A DNA stretch of 59,332 bases from a virus (Duplodnaviria; Caudoviricetes), in the IMG/VR virus record IMGVR_UViG_3300031974_005002, positions 1 through 59,332 of that record, one strand, 5' to 3'. The position numbers were made by a program, and so were the translations under genes. Positions 42,767 through 54,292 of the stretch are shown here, piece after piece (positions within the stretch are counted from its first letter, which is position 1; the number at the start of each line of letters is the position of its first letter). The notes beneath the pieces were generated by a model. It was not told where the DNA came from and did no database searches. It was given only the letters and a program-made list of their open reading frames with translations.

Positions 42767-43075
42767 GTGAAAGTTATATTTGAAGCTTGTTTGTCTGAAC
42801 CACCTAGTTCTGTACATTGCTTTAGGGATGCAACATTATACGCGGCTTGTTTGGCTAAGTTAAATGTTTTAATAGAATGCGATCAAGATAATAAAGATTT
42901 TTATTATACATGGTTAAAAAATAATGGGGCATATGATTTTGTAGATGAAATAGTAGGCGTGGGCATAGAAAGAGGGTATAGAATAGGAACTTTTAAAGCT
43001 AATTTACAAATCGAAAGAATAGATTATTCAAATCTTAATACTGTTATAAATTTTATAAGAAAGCTAAAAGGTTAA
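42767..43075 (+). CDS. Hypothetical protein
   Basis: GTGTA motif at 42752, in-frame GTG at 42767. Confidence 0.6.
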   Translation: MKVIFEACLSEPPSSVHCFRDATLYAACLAKLNVLIECDQDNKDFYYTWLKNNGAYDFVDEIVGVGIERGYRIGTFKANLQIERIDYSNLNTVINFIRKLKG

Positions 43076-43467
43076 ATTGCTAAATGCGCATCAATCAAAT
43101 CATATAGGTTATCTATATGCTCACCAATTAAAGTCGGCCCATACCTATCCTTAATTACGTTATAAAAATTCTCTTCAGTAACTATAACTTTAGAGGCTCT
43201 AAGAAAAGTTTCTTCGCCCTGGCTATCGATAAATGATGAACGAAGACCATTTAAAATTTCTTCCGCTGGTTGCCCAAGGGCAAAATTAAAATCTAATTTT
43301 TCAGAAGATATAATAACTAGCATGATTCTTTTTTATCTTTGTTGTCAGTTAACTTATGAACTGTATATATAATACCCATTAAGAAAGCGACAAAATATAA
43401 ATACGGATCATATTGAGCCAATGACAGAATAAAGGTAAAACAAAAAATTGGTAAAAAATATTTCATA

Positions 43468-44010
43468 TTATCTAAATTCTTCTCTTAATAATCTCCAGCG
43501 ATCTGAATCAATAGGTTTAATTCCATTATTAATAGCATACAGCATTTCTATAATTTCGTCAAGACTATTATAAATATATTTATGAGGCAGCATTCCTAGC
43601 AACCATAAAGGAGTTTTAGATTTACCACCTTCCATGCTAATAAAAGTAGGTTTTTTCATTCTTATAGCAGTAACAATTTCTTCTGCTGAACCCCAGCTAG
43701 CGACATCAGGAACTAAATGCGCAATAATAAAATCACTTCTATCTACTAGATTTAGATCGTAGGAACGAACTGTTTTCATACGTTCAGATACTCTATCGTA
43801 TTGCTTTGTTTTCATCCAAGTTTCCATCTCAACCCTAGAAGCTTCGTCTTCTTCTACATCCTGAACGAAAGGTTTTTTATATGGATCAAAACAAGTTATA
43901 CCGATGTCAGACAATTTTTCTGTAACTTCTTCACGCCAATCTCGACCACTTAAATATTGCATGTGGCCGACTAAATAAGTTTTTGTCTTAAATAATAAAT
44001 TCATAAACAA
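43468..44010 (-). CDS. Nucleoside 2-deoxyribosyltransferase-like protein
   Basis: TYLVGHM, WRE, FDP, DL..VDRSD.IIA, SWGSAEE pattern. Confidence 0.72.
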   Translation of the reverse strand: MFMNLLFKTKTYLVGHMQYLSGRDWREEVTEKLSDIGITCFDPYKKPFVQDVEEDEASRVEMETWMKTKQYDRVSERMKTVRSYDLNLVDRSDFIIAHLVPDVASWGSAEEIVTAIRMKKPTFISMEGGKSKTPLWLLGMLPHKYIYNSLDEIIEMLYAINNGIKPIDSDRWRLLREEFR

Positions 44011-44045
44011 AGGTTAACATAAAACCTAATGTTTGTCAAGAAAAA

Positions 44046-46523
44046 TTATTCAAATTTAAAATTAAATTCTTCTTTTACGAAGCCGACCTTGACTTTTTTG
44101 AACTCTTCGCCACTCTTAGCAAGAAGATTTTCAGACAATGGATTGGTAATATTATTTTGAATGATTCTATCTATAGGTCTAGCGCCATCATTTATTTCAG
44201 AAACCTGATTGAATAATTCTATTTTAGCAGATTTATTGACAAACAAAGTTATTCCGCGCTGTTTTAACTTTTGTTTTAAGTCTCTAAGATGCAAATCAAT
44301 AATATTTAATAAATTATCGTCTTTAAAATTATTGAATATAATTAATTCATCAAGCCTATTTAAAAATTCAGGAGATAGTTTTTTGAGAGCTTCTTTTTTA
44401 ACTCTATCTTTTATTTCATCAGAGTCATTTGATTGGCTAGCCGCCGCAAATCCAACCCCGACTTTACCTTTTGCTATTTCTGAACCTATATTACCTGTCA
44501 TCATAATAACGCAGTTTTGAAAATTTATTTCTCTACCTAGATTGTCTTTAATGATACCTTCATCAAGAATTTGTAATAAAGTTTGAAGCACATTCTCGTG
44601 AGCTTTTTCAACTTCATCAAATAAAACTACGCTATAAGGATGTTTTCTTACTTTTTCTGTTAGCTGCCCAGCAGTCTCAAACCCAACATATCCCGGCGCT
44701 GTACCAATCAATTTTGAGCCTGTGTGAGATTCACTATATTCAGTCATACTAATGTGAATAAAGTTATCTTTACTTCCAAATAATTTTTCTGCTAGTAATT
44801 TAGCTGTATAAGTTTTTCCTATACCAGACGGGCCAAGCATTAAAAATGATCCTATAGGCTTGTTTTTGTCCTTTAAGCCAGCTCTATTGCGTATTAGAGC
44901 TTTGCAAATGGATTTAATTGCATCTTCTTGCCCTATAATTAGTTTATTTAATTCTGGTTCGAGTTGAAGATATTGTTTTTCGCTAGTTTGAGAAATTTGA
45001 TCTACAGGAACACCTATCTTTTTAGATACAACATGATGGATATCATCTGCACCTACAATATATTTATTTAATTTATTTTGCGCAGACCATTCTTGAATAA
45101 CTTTTTTATATTCAATGAATATAGTATCTTGTTTTTCTAATAAAGACTTTTTTGTTTTCTTTGTTTTCGCTTCGTCTTCTTGTATCATTAGTTTCTCAAG
45201 CTTTTCTTCTAATTTTTTGGCTCTTTCTGGTCTTTTGAAGTTATCTATTTTAACTTTTGAGCCCGCTTGATCCATAAGGTCGATAGCTTTGTCGGGCAAA
45301 TATCTATCATGAATATATTTTACAGAGAGATCCACGCATAAATCAAGAGCTTCTTGAGAGTATTTTACATCATGAAAGCCTTCGTAAGAGTTTGCGATAC
45401 CTTTTAAAATCTTTTTACAATCATTAACAGATGGTTCATTTGCGTGAACAGGCTGAAATCTTCTAGCTAAAGCGCCGTCTTTTTCGATGTTTTTCTTGTA
45501 TTCTTCAAAAGTTGTTGCTCCTATACAACGTATTTCTCCACGAGCAAGCATTGGTTTAAGTATATTAGCTGCATCCATACTGCCCTCAGCACTGCCAGCG
45601 CCAACCAAGGTGTGCATTTCATCAATAAATAAGATTAGATTTGGTAATTCTTTTAATTCTTTAATTACATTTTTTAATCTTTCTTCGAATTGACCTCTAT
45701 ATTTAGTTCCAGCTATCATTGCCGCTAAATCTAAACCATAAATAGTGTGACCAAGTAAATGCTCCGAGCATTCTGATTTAACTATTGAGCGAGCTAAACC
45801 TTCAACTAAAGCTGTCTTTCCAATGCCCGGTTGTCCTAGCAGAATTGGGTTGTTTTTAGACTTACGACATAAAATTTCAGTTATTTCAGCAAGTTGAGAT
45901 TCTCTGCAAATAACTTTATCAAATTTATTATCGATTGCTAAATCATTATAGTTGATTGCATAAGATTCTAAAGAACTAGAGCTTTTTTGGTTTTTTTGAG
46001 CTGGCGGAGACGGATTAATAGCAAGAGGAGAAGGTTCTTCAACAGAATCAATTTCAGCTCTTAAAGAAGAAGAAATTTCAGAAGATTCCAATAGGTGGGC
46101 TTTGATGGCAATTGATAAAGCTTGTTGGTTAACCCCCGATTCTCTAAAAAGGTATTCTGTATCAGGCGAATTATATTTTATGATAGCTATTAATAAATGC
46201 TCGGTTCCTACATAAGATTGATTTAATGAGGAAGCTGACTCAAAAGCTATAGCAAGAATAGCTTTAAATTCTTCGGAGAAATTAACCTCTTTTGGTTTTG
46301 ATTTTCCTTTTGTCAGAGACTCAGCAATCGAATCAGAGAACTCGTCTATAGAATATCCGCTAACATCAAATATCTCCCTAAGTAAACCCCTACCTTGAGA
46401 AACTAAACCAAGTAGTAAATGATCTACGCCAACAGATTTTGATCTATAATCAATAGCTAAATCGCGTGAATTTTTAAGAGCTTCTTGAGCCCTTGGAGTA
46501 AAATTAGGAGTTGAATCCATCAT
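44046..46523 (-). CDS. clpC: ClpC/ClpB-family AAA+ chaperone
   Basis: Clp-N repeats (FTPRAQ, EHLL), [57 protein letters not shown]. Confidence 0.93.
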   Translation of the reverse strand: MMDSTPNFTPRAQEALKNSRDLAIDYRSKSVGVDHLLLGLVSQGRGLLREIFDVSGYSIDEFSDSIAESLTKGKSKPKEVNFSEEFKAILAIAFESASSLNQSYVGTEHLLIAIIKYNSPDTEYLFRESGVNQQALSIAIKAHLLESSEISSSLRAEIDSVEEPSPLAINPSPPAQKNQKSSSSLESYAINYNDLAIDNKFDKVICRESQLAEITEILCRKSKNNPILLGQPGIGKTALVEGLARSIVKSECSEHLLGHTIYGLDLAAMIAGTKYRGQFEERLKNVIKELKELPNLILFIDEMHTLVGAGSAEGSMDAANILKPMLARGEIRCIGATTFEEYKKNIEKDGALARRFQPVHANEPSVNDCKKILKGIANSYEGFHDVKYSQEALDLCVDLSVKYIHDRYLPDKAIDLMDQAGSKVKIDNFKRPERAKKLEEKLEKLMIQEDEAKTKKTKKSLLEKQDTIFIEYKKVIQEWSAQNKLNKYIVGADDIHHVVSKKIGVPVDQISQTSEKQYLQLEPELNKLIIGQEDAIKSICKALIRNRAGLKDKNKPIGSFLMLGPSGIGKTYTAKLLAEKLFGSKDNFIHISMTEYSESHTGSKLIGTAPGYVGFETAGQLTEKVRKHPYSVVLFDEVEKAHENVLQTLLQILDEGIIKDNLGREINFQNCVIMMTGNIGSEIAKGKVGVGFAAASQSNDSDEIKDRVKKEALKKLSPEFLNRLDELIIFNNFKDDNLLNIIDLHLRDLKQKLKQRGITLFVNKSAKIELFNQVSEINDGARPIDRIIQNNITNPLSENLLAKSGEEFKKVKVGFVKEEFNFKFE

Positions 46524-46538
46524 GGTTAATTACACAGA

Positions 46539-49130
46539 TTATTCTGATTTTATATCACTTAATTTCATATATATTTTTTCATCCATTATTTCAAACGAAT
46601 GAGCAAAAAGTATATCTTCTCCCTTACTGCCATAGGAGATAACTATACTGCCTTTAGGTAAGCCTTCGGGGCTCTTTTCAAGAAACTTAGAAAGTACGCT
46701 GATTTGACTCCAGCTACCATTTTGATTTCGAGCTCTTCTATCCATCAACATCACAGGATATTCACCAACCTCGTCACTAATAACAGCTTTGATGTAATCA
46801 TTTCCATTTCTGCTCGTACCCTTAAAAGAGTCTACAACAACACCAATGAACCTGCCATAAGAATCCCTTTCTAAATTTCTAAAATCAAACGAATCGCCAA
46901 ACTTCTGACCGCTTTCGGTAAATACATCTTTAAGGGCTATAGTAGGGCTATAACCAAGAAGCTTTGTTTCAAAATACCAATTAGCAAACTTTTCGTATTT
47001 TTTATTTTTATCGTAAATTTCTTTATACAATTCATATTTTTTACGGAAAGTTTTGAATCGACTTTCTTTCATTAAAGGTTTGCCATCATCAGCGATTAAG
47101 GCATCCTGCACAACTGATTGTATGGTATTTAATACGTCCCAATTATATTTAGACCCAAGAGACTCAAAGTTTCTTTTCTCTCGATCAGTTAAAACATTAA
47201 AAGCTTGTGCCTCAAGAACCAGTCTAGACCTTCTAGATTTATATTCCGACAAAGCTCCAGCTTGTATTAGCGCAGATAATATACCTATATTAAGACCCGC
47301 TTGTTTTGCTGACAAAAAGATATCATACTTTGTTGGATTTTCGCTGTCCCTAAAATCTTTAAGAGATTGCAGAGATTTTTCACTAACTCCTTTTATGCTA
47401 TTTAATCCAAACCTAATATCATCACCCTCAATTTTAAAATCCATTTCAGATTTTGCTAAATCAGGTGGTAACAAACTAATTCCGAAGAAAGAAAGCTCTT
47501 GACAAATTTTATTTATTTCTTCATGGGGAGCTGGTTCATACTTAGCCATCTTTAATAGAGCCATGAAAAAGTTTTGCGGGTACTTGAATTTAAGATACGC
47601 AGTCCAAGCAGCAAGATTTGCATAAGCCAAACTATGGGATTTATTAAAAGAATAATTTGCGCTGTCTTCAGCAACTTTCCATAGGATATCGCCAACTTCA
47701 GAATCTAAATTGTTTTCATTAACTTTATCTTTAATTTTAGCTTTCCATGCTGGCATTTTATCAATTTTCTTTTTGCCAACTATTCTTCTTAACTGCTCAG
47801 CCTCATCAAGAGTAAAACCAATCTTAACAGCCATTTTCATAAGCTGTTCTTGGTACAATGGAATACCACCTGTATAAGAAAGAACTTCATCATAAAGCTT
47901 ATGCTGACTTTGGAACTCTCCTGTTTGAGAATAAGTAGTATATTGATCTAAAAACTCTAGCGCTCCCGGTCTCGCGATAGCAACAACAGCACTTAGCTGC
48001 TCTAAATTTTTTGGTTTGATTTTTTTACAAACATTAAAATTAGTGTGAGCTTCTATTTGAAATAACCCTTGCGGCTGTTCTAGTCTTTGTAAATTTTTAT
48101 AAATTTCTGGATCATTTGGATCAATTGATTCGATATTTATATCTAATTGTTCGCATACATCATAAAGAACGCTTAGAGTTCTAAGACCAAGAATATCGAA
48201 TTTAACCATAAGTTCGGCTACCCAATTCATGTCATAACCACTAACTAAAGCGCCATCATTTGTTAATTGAACAGGGCATATGTCTTCTAGTTTTTGGAAA
48301 GAAATCGCTATTCCAGATGGATGAACTCCTGTATTTTTATTTAAACCTTCTAGTTTTCTAGCAATAGAAAATACATTTTTGTTTTTGTTTGCCCAGCTTT
48401 CGAAAGCTTCGCTTTCTTGATAAGCTTCTATCAACGGAGCTACTTTACCAAACCTCTTAGGAATTGTGTCGCTAACTAAGTTCACTTCTTGTTCTGAATA
48501 GTTGCCAACGATTTTACCGCATTCTTTGACGCAGAGCTTTCCGCTTAAAGTATTTAGAGTCAATATCTTAGCTGTTCTTCCTGGGTACTTCTTTTCAATG
48601 TATTCTATAACTTCTTTTCTTCTTTCATAGCTAATGTCGTTATCAACATCAGCTAATAAACTACCATCTAAGTAAGTGATCCCATCTTTTTCTATTTTTT
48701 TGGCTCTACTTTTACTAACAAATCTTTCAAAGAAAAGCTCATATTTAACAGGGTCTACCTTGGTGACACCAATTAAATAAAGTACAAGAGAACCAGCCGC
48801 AGAACCTCTACCTGGCCCAGTTGGGATATTGTTAACATGACAAAAATTCATTATATCCCAATTCAATAAAATATAATCAACAAAGCCAAGTTCATCTAAT
48901 ACATCAAGCTCCATTTTCGCTCTATCTAAATATTCTTGATTGTTATCAACCTTATCAAGACCTTTATTTTTAATACCTTCCCAGCAAAGTCTTTTTAAAA
49001 ACTTTAAATTGGAAATATCTGATGGTAAATTTAATTCATCATAATATTTTTGCTCAACGTCAATTTCTGGTAGTCTAACGCCCGGTGGGCAAACTTCTTC
49101 ATACTTAGTAAAATTTTTAATAAAACTCAT
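46539..49130 (-). CDS. dnaE: DNA polymerase III alpha subunit, catalytic part lacking the PHP domain
   Basis: GPGRGSAAGSLV, LFFERF, DVDND, HPSG, KFDILGL, YQEQLM, YSFNKSH, IRFGLNSIKGV. Confidence 0.95.
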   Translation of the reverse strand: MSFIKNFTKYEEVCPPGVRLPEIDVEQKYYDELNLPSDISNLKFLKRLCWEGIKNKGLDKVDNNQEYLDRAKMELDVLDELGFVDYILLNWDIMNFCHVNNIPTGPGRGSAAGSLVLYLIGVTKVDPVKYELFFERFVSKSRAKKIEKDGITYLDGSLLADVDNDISYERRKEVIEYIEKKYPGRTAKILTLNTLSGKLCVKECGKIVGNYSEQEVNLVSDTIPKRFGKVAPLIEAYQESEAFESWANKNKNVFSIARKLEGLNKNTGVHPSGIAISFQKLEDICPVQLTNDGALVSGYDMNWVAELMVKFDILGLRTLSVLYDVCEQLDINIESIDPNDPEIYKNLQRLEQPQGLFQIEAHTNFNVCKKIKPKNLEQLSAVVAIARPGALEFLDQYTTYSQTGEFQSQHKLYDEVLSYTGGIPLYQEQLMKMAVKIGFTLDEAEQLRRIVGKKKIDKMPAWKAKIKDKVNENNLDSEVGDILWKVAEDSANYSFNKSHSLAYANLAAWTAYLKFKYPQNFFMALLKMAKYEPAPHEEINKICQELSFFGISLLPPDLAKSEMDFKIEGDDIRFGLNSIKGVSEKSLQSLKDFRDSENPTKYDIFLSAKQAGLNIGILSALIQAGALSEYKSRRSRLVLEAQAFNVLTDREKRNFESLGSKYNWDVLNTIQSVVQDALIADDGKPLMKESRFKTFRKKYELYKEIYDKNKKYEKFANWYFETKLLGYSPTIALKDVFTESGQKFGDSFDFRNLERDSYGRFIGVVVDSFKGTSRNGNDYIKAVISDEVGEYPVMLMDRRARNQNGSWSQISVLSKFLEKSPEGLPKGSIVISYGSKGEDILFAHSFEIMDEKIYMKLSDIKSE

Positions 49131-49768
49131 ATTTCTATATTCCAAATCATTTTTTTGAATACTTCATAATTCTTTTCTATATCATATAATGCGTCATGAA
49201 GTTTTTTAATATTAAAAGGTATTTCATATTTTTTACATAAATCAATTAATTTATTTTTACCATTTCTACCCCGCAAAGAAAGCATTTTGTATTGCCATTG
49301 AATTAAATCTTCTCCGCTTTTAATTTCTATATTGTTGTGAATAGCGCGAGAAACTGCTAGGCTATCTATCATCCTAGGGAGATAACTATAGTCAGGTTTT
49401 TTACCTATTAATCTTCTGCAAATTCCATGCATATAAACATCAAATCCTAAAATATTGTGACCAACTTTTAGATATTTTGGATCGTATAAATATTTTTCAA
49501 AGTGTTGGATTGGCTTGATTGGATCTACAGCTCTCTCATCGTACTTTTTTTGAGTCCAACCTGTAACTTTGGCAGCTCCTTCTGATACAGAAAGGTCATC
49601 CCACTTTAACCAATAATTATGTTTTTCTACTATACGATCTCTTTCTATAACGATAAACGCTAACTGCCAAGGCTTGTTCCTAAAAGAACCTAAGTTTAAG
49701 CCGCAGGTTTCAAAGTCAAAAAATACGTACTTCTGATCTTTATTAAATCTTAATAAGTCTTTTCTCAT
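49127..49768 (-). CDS. DEDDh 3'-5' exonuclease (DnaQ/epsilon-like)
   Basis: FFDFET, GHNILGFD, LHDALYD. Confidence 0.88.
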   Translation of the reverse strand: MRKDLLRFNKDQKYVFFDFETCGLNLGSFRNKPWQLAFIVIERDRIVEKHNYWLKWDDLSVSEGAAKVTGWTQKKYDERAVDPIKPIQHFEKYLYDPKYLKVGHNILGFDVYMHGICRRLIGKKPDYSYLPRMIDSLAVSRAIHNNIEIKSGEDLIQWQYKMLSLRGRNGKNKLIDLCKKYEIPFNIKKLHDALYDIEKNYEVFKKMIWNIEI

Positions 49769-50739
49769 AATTGAAAATGTTTTACATGTTTAAAGCAAGA
49801 TAAATTAGTACCACCAGCATAACTGATAGAGCTTTGTAAGTCTTGTTTGATTTCTTCAAGTTTCTGTTCATAGGTCATTCCATTATTTGCAATATGATTT
49901 AACTTGCCCTCTATGTGGTTTTTGTGACCCTTGTTTTCAAAACTAGCTGATCCAAAGTAAGCTTTTTGGGAAGCCCCATTAATATCAACTGACAAAGCAG
50001 GGCTGTCCGAGCAAGAGGCGAATAAACCACCTGCCATTACCAAGTCTGCGCCAGCCACCAAAGCTTTGGCGATGTCGCCGTTACATTTTACTCCACCATC
50101 CGCAATGATTGGGATCTTTCTACCAGCGTCAAAATCATCACGAGAAGCATAACAATCTCCACAGCTCTTGGTGCAAGTAAACATTGGGATAGTAAAACCT
50201 GTTTTATCTTTAGTTGTGCAAGGAGAGCCCTGCCCAATTCCAACTTTAACTATGTCTGCACCCCAATTAGAAAGATCAATAACGGAGTCTGGAGTGGCAA
50301 CATTACCGGCAATGATTTTTATATTAGGTAGACTTTCTTTGATAAACTTAATCATTCTTTTCATTTTTATTGAATGACCATGTGCAATATCTATTGTCAA
50401 AAAGTCCACTCTTAATTTATTAGTTCTTAATTTATGTATGATTGTTTTATCCTTGTCTTGCACTCCTATACTGAAAGATATAGTTTTCCAATTTTCATTA
50501 TTCGCTGTTTCAATTTGAGTATACATATCCTCGTCAAAGCGATGCATGATATAAAAATAATCATTTTCACTCATCCACTTAGCTAAACTTTCATTGATTA
50601 CCGATTTCATATTAGCGGGAATAATCGGTAACTTAAAATTATGGTTACCTATAGTGATCGAAGTATTAGTATCACTTCGACTTTGACATTCGCTATACTT
50701 GGGAACCAAACAAACTTGTGAATATTTATACGCTTTCAT
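49765..50739 (-). CDS. guaC: GMP reductase
   Basis: IPANM, DIAHGHS, AGNVAT, KVGIGQGSPCTT, IADGG, YFGSAS, QDLQSSISYAGG. Confidence 0.92.
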   Translation of the reverse strand: MKAYKYSQVCLVPKYSECQSRSDTNTSITIGNHNFKLPIIPANMKSVINESLAKWMSENDYFYIMHRFDEDMYTQIETANNENWKTISFSIGVQDKDKTIIHKLRTNKLRVDFLTIDIAHGHSIKMKRMIKFIKESLPNIKIIAGNVATPDSVIDLSNWGADIVKVGIGQGSPCTTKDKTGFTIPMFTCTKSCGDCYASRDDFDAGRKIPIIADGGVKCNGDIAKALVAGADLVMAGGLFASCSDSPALSVDINGASQKAYFGSASFENKGHKNHIEGKLNHIANNGMTYEQKLEEIKQDLQSSISYAGGTNLSCFKHVKHFQL

Positions 50740-51493
50740 GATCTAGATAACTTTCAAAACAAAATTCGGGACTAGCACAATGGTCTAAATTGGGGGAGTC
50801 TAAACTCCTTGCTTTGTTGGAGAATCCTCTACTGCAAATACATTTATAAGTTTGATAAGCTTCAAAGTCTTCTCTGTTTTCATAATAAATACTTTTTACT
50901 TTTTGTGTTTTAAATCCGTTTTCAGAACAATAATTATTAATAACGTCACCCAAAATATAATCGAATGGTAAATTATTGTCTTCAATAAAATACGTGGGGT
51001 CAAAAAAAGAATCATCTAGCATACAAGGCTCTTTATATTCAAAAGAGTTATTAAAGATAAAAGAATCATAAAAAGGTATTGCAATTTCTAAATGATCTTT
51101 ATTGTAGAATGTTTTCAATGTTTTAAAATCAATCCTTCCATCTCCTTTAGTGAAAGCGCAACTATATATTTTATTTAATAATATACAACCAGCGGAATCT
51201 TTAGCAAAGATCACAATTTTATGAACACAAATGTCTGATTTCTTTTTAGGTTTGAAATTCATATCATCGCATACATCTATACGAAGACCAAATATTAATT
51301 GAACGTCTAATTCATTAGCGCTTTTTTGAGCTTCTAAGAAACCGACAAGCGAATCTTCTACTAAAATGACTTCCTTTAATTTGTGACGCTTAGCGATGTC
51401 AAAGACGCTTGATGAGCCACCCTTCTCTACGGAAGTTTTTAATGTAAGAATGCTTTTGCCTATACTGTAGTGAGACTTAAATAATGGAAGCAT
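50726..51493 (-). CDS. Stand-alone PHP domain, N-terminal part of a split DnaE
   Basis: PLFKSHYSIGKS, GFLEA, IFGLR, IFAKD..G...L.KIYS resemble the DnaE N-terminus. Confidence 0.78.
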   Translation of the reverse strand: MLPLFKSHYSIGKSILTLKTSVEKGGSSSVFDIAKRHKLKEVILVEDSLVGFLEAQKSANELDVQLIFGLRIDVCDDMNFKPKKKSDICVHKIVIFAKDSAGCILLNKIYSCAFTKGDGRIDFKTLKTFYNKDHLEIAIPFYDSFIFNNSFEYKEPCMLDDSFFDPTYFIEDNNLPFDYILGDVINNYCSENGFKTQKVKSIYYENREDFEAYQTYKCICSRGFSNKARSLDSPNLDHCASPEFCFESYLDHESV

Positions 51494-51566
51494 GTTTTAT
51501 ACTATAGCATAAAAACAATGCTCAGTCAAGAAAAAATTTAGGCTTATTGCCTAAACGAATTTAAAA

Positions 51567-52103
51567 TCAGTCTTTAGGCTTTTGGGCTTTTTCCCAAGAT
51601 TCTTTAGATGGCCTGTCCTTATCTCCGGGTTTTGCAGGTTTGTATTTTTTACCCATTCTTTTTTTCTTTTTGCGAATGTTGTCCCACAAACCTTGCTTGC
51701 CCTCAGATTCATCTAATTCATTTACCAACTCTTCTTCAAGCTCTTCTTCGCTTGCCTTAGTCATTTTTGTGACGCTTTTTTGAGACCACATCTTGCAAGA
51801 CCAATAACGAGCTTTCCATTTCGGACCGGGATTGTCACAGTTATGGCGCGCTCTAAAACTTTTTCTTCTTTTTGGATCGTCACGCTTGATTTCCATGTTT
51901 GGATCACCAAAGTTAACTTTTACAACGTTACCTTTTTCGTTTTTGACATAAACAGAAAACTTTTTGGGCCCACCTGAAGTTCTAAAAGGTTTATTAAGTT
52001 TCTTACCTTTTTTTTCTTCTGCAGCCCAAGCTTCGTTAGTAATCTCTTCTTCAAATCCAGCTGGATTCTGTTTTCTGATTTCATCTGAAAAATCTAATTC
52101 CAT
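51567..52103 (-). CDS. Conserved basic phage protein
   Basis: KKFSVYVK...FGDPNM...RRKSFRARHNC...ARYWSC motif familiar from large marine phages. Confidence 0.7.
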   Translation of the reverse strand: MELDFSDEIRKQNPAGFEEEITNEAWAAEEKKGKKLNKPFRTSGGPKKFSVYVKNEKGNVVKVNFGDPNMEIKRDDPKRRKSFRARHNCDNPGPKWKARYWSCKMWSQKSVTKMTKASEEELEEELVNELDESEGKQGLWDNIRKKKKRMGKKYKPAKPGDKDRPSKESWEKAQKPKD

Positions 52104-52128
52104 AACAAATTATTATACACTAATTTAA

Positions 52129-53223
52129 TTAAAGAGTGAACTCGTCTTCTATGTCTTTTGTAAAATTTTGTTGGTGCCTAGGGCAACCTTCATAATAAAG
52201 TTTTTCAATTGTATCGCCCTGCTCTTGAACTTCTTTTAATTTATCTTCTTCTTCTATGCGAGCTGTTTTTTTAATATTACCATCTGAATCTTTGAGCGCC
52301 AAATAATGAAAGTCGAATTTAAATGGACAATGCCACATTGGAGTTCCGTCCTTCTTTAGTTGGCCGGGATAACCTGTTTTTCCTCGATTACCGCACTGTA
52401 ATAATCCACCAAAACTACCATCTTTCGGAAAGCCTTGGTCAACAGCAAAGTCAGAATGCGCGGTTTCTTCATCAAAATTATCTAAATAATATTGCCATTC
52501 AGTTAATTGATATTCAAAACCTTCTAATTCTTCATCAGATAATGGGTTCATTTTAAGAACACCTTCTCCTAAGCCGCCCAATAAATCTTGTGATAAATCA
52601 AATTTAAGAAACAGAAACTCTGATTGTCTTGTTTTATATTCTGGAAACATATGTTTAACTGCTAAAGAATATATTAAGTCTTGTAGATTATCATCTACTT
52701 CTTTACCTTCAAAAACTTTTTTACTTGTTTTAAAATCTCTAATTATCGCAAACTTTTCTTTCTTGTATAAAAATAATTTATCTATAAAACCATTTATTCT
52801 ATATCTGAAACCTTTTTCTTTATCGTCTACTATAATATGAAAGTCTTTTTCTGAGAAAGCTTCTTTGGGATTCGCTAATTCTTTTCCAAAATAATCATAC
52901 TGTAAACCATTTACAGTCATGTCATCAATTAATTTTATATTAGCTTCATCATCAACCTCTAATCTTTTAGCCCAAATTTTAACTAATCTTTCTACAGAGG
53001 GTACAGAAAATAAAGAACTTGATTTAATTATTTTATTATAATATTTTTTGCGTTTTGGTAAACATAATAATTCAAGTATTAAATGGCATATCGTCCCTCT
53101 AGAAGCGCCTTCGTTTGAGGTATCAGGGATTTTTAATTTATATTTTGACCAATAAATCCAAGAACAAGACTGAGCAGTTTTTATTCTACTCGCCGAAAGC
53201 TTAGTCATTTCTTCATTTTGCAT
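52129..53223 (-). CDS. PD-(D/E)xK RecB/AddB-like exonuclease
   Basis: LSASRI...C.W.Y, GTICH..LE, GFIDKL, IRDFKTSK, Q...Y and C-terminal Cys residues. Confidence 0.85.
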   Translation of the reverse strand: MQNEEMTKLSASRIKTAQSCSWIYWSKYKLKIPDTSNEGASRGTICHLILELLCLPKRKKYYNKIIKSSSLFSVPSVERLVKIWAKRLEVDDEANIKLIDDMTVNGLQYDYFGKELANPKEAFSEKDFHIIVDDKEKGFRYRINGFIDKLFLYKKEKFAIIRDFKTSKKVFEGKEVDDNLQDLIYSLAVKHMFPEYKTRQSEFLFLKFDLSQDLLGGLGEGVLKMNPLSDEELEGFEYQLTEWQYYLDNFDEETAHSDFAVDQGFPKDGSFGGLLQCGNRGKTGYPGQLKKDGTPMWHCPFKFDFHYLALKDSDGNIKKTARIEEEDKLKEVQEQGDTIEKLYYEGCPRHQQNFTKDIEDEFTL

Positions 53224-54292
53224 AAGATTGTAAAATTTTTATATTTTTTATTAAATTGGCAGATAAGCTATTGGATTCTTTCATTTTAATTGCGAAGTCT
53301 AAAATAGATTTAGCTCTATCAGGTAAAGAACATTGACATTTCTCGTCCCATTTTTTGAAATCTTCAGAATTCATTTCGCCAAAATCAATTTTTGTAGGTA
53401 AGCATATAAATAAATCATTAAAGTTAAAATGGTTTAATAATTTAAGATACGCCTTTACGGAGGCTCTGGCTCCTCGATTTATTGATTTGTTATAATCATT
53501 ATTGAAAGAAACAATGATTTTTTCAACATTAATTCCAATTAAGTGGCATATCATTTTAGGAGAAACGTCTAAACCAAAGGTAACTAAAACATTATAAAAG
53601 CCATGTTGATTAAGATTTAAAAGGTCTCCTATGCTTTCAACTAATATAACTGAATTTTTTTCTTCGATACTTTTTTGGACTAAAGATTCGTCCTCATGTG
53701 GAACATAATAAGGATATATCCAATTAGATTTTCTGCCCATGTGCTTCCACTTGGGTACATTTTCTCTATTAGACATATCTCGCCCTGAGAAACCATGTAT
53801 CTGCCCATGGTTATTATAAATTGGAAAAACAAATCTTTGATACATTTGTCCTTTTGTGGCGAGACCGCCTTTTAATGATTTTAAAACAGAAGAATCTATT
53901 CCTTTGTCATTATAAAATTTGTAATGAGGAAATAAATCCTCTAAAATTTCTTCATTAAATACTTTTTCCATTGTTATGCGATCCTCTTGGTTGGGTTCTC
54001 TAGGCGTGTCTCCAATAAAAGAATCGACAGATAAATATTTACCGAGAACGCTTTTATCGTTGGTTCCTAAATGAGCTTCAAGCAATTTTACAAAAGGCAG
54101 CGGTACTGAACCTTCAACAAAATCTCTCCAAACACCAGAATTTTTCCATATTTGCAGCGCAGTAGAATTATCTCCGCTCCTATAAGCGGCATTGGCATGC
54201 CAATACTGACCTCTGTCAATTAACTTATAGCCCAATTCTTGAAGAATTGATTCTATTTTTTCTGGTGATAAATTATAATGTGAAATCTCCAT
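53213..54292 (-). CDS. DNA primase (DnaG-like, TOPRIM)
   Basis: RFVFPI, GFSGR, PKW, ILVESIGD, FNND; adjacent to DnaB. Confidence 0.85.
   Translation of the reverse strand: MEISHYNLSPEKIESILQELGYKLIDRGQYWHANAAYRSGDNSTALQIWKNSGVWRDFVEGSVPLPFVKLLEAHLGTNDKSVLGKYLSVDSFIGDTPREPNQEDRITMEKVFNEEILEDLFPHYKFYNDKGIDSSVLKSLKGGLATKGQMYQRFVFPIYNNHGQIHGFSGRDMSNRENVPKWKHMGRKSNWIYPYYVPHEDESLVQKSIEEKNSVILVESIGDLLNLNQHGFYNVLVTFGLDVSPKMICHLIGINVEKIIVSFNNDYNKSINRGARASVKAYLKLLNHFNFNDLFICLPTKIDFGEMNSEDFKKWDEKCQCSLPDRAKSILDFAIKMKESNSLSANLIKNIKILQSYAK

Noticed and set aside
52129-53223. Cas4 / spacer-acquisition nuclease for the arrays
   Set aside because: It lies in the primase-helicase-RecA cluster, where RecB-like exonucleases are routine in phages; nothing links it to the arrays.
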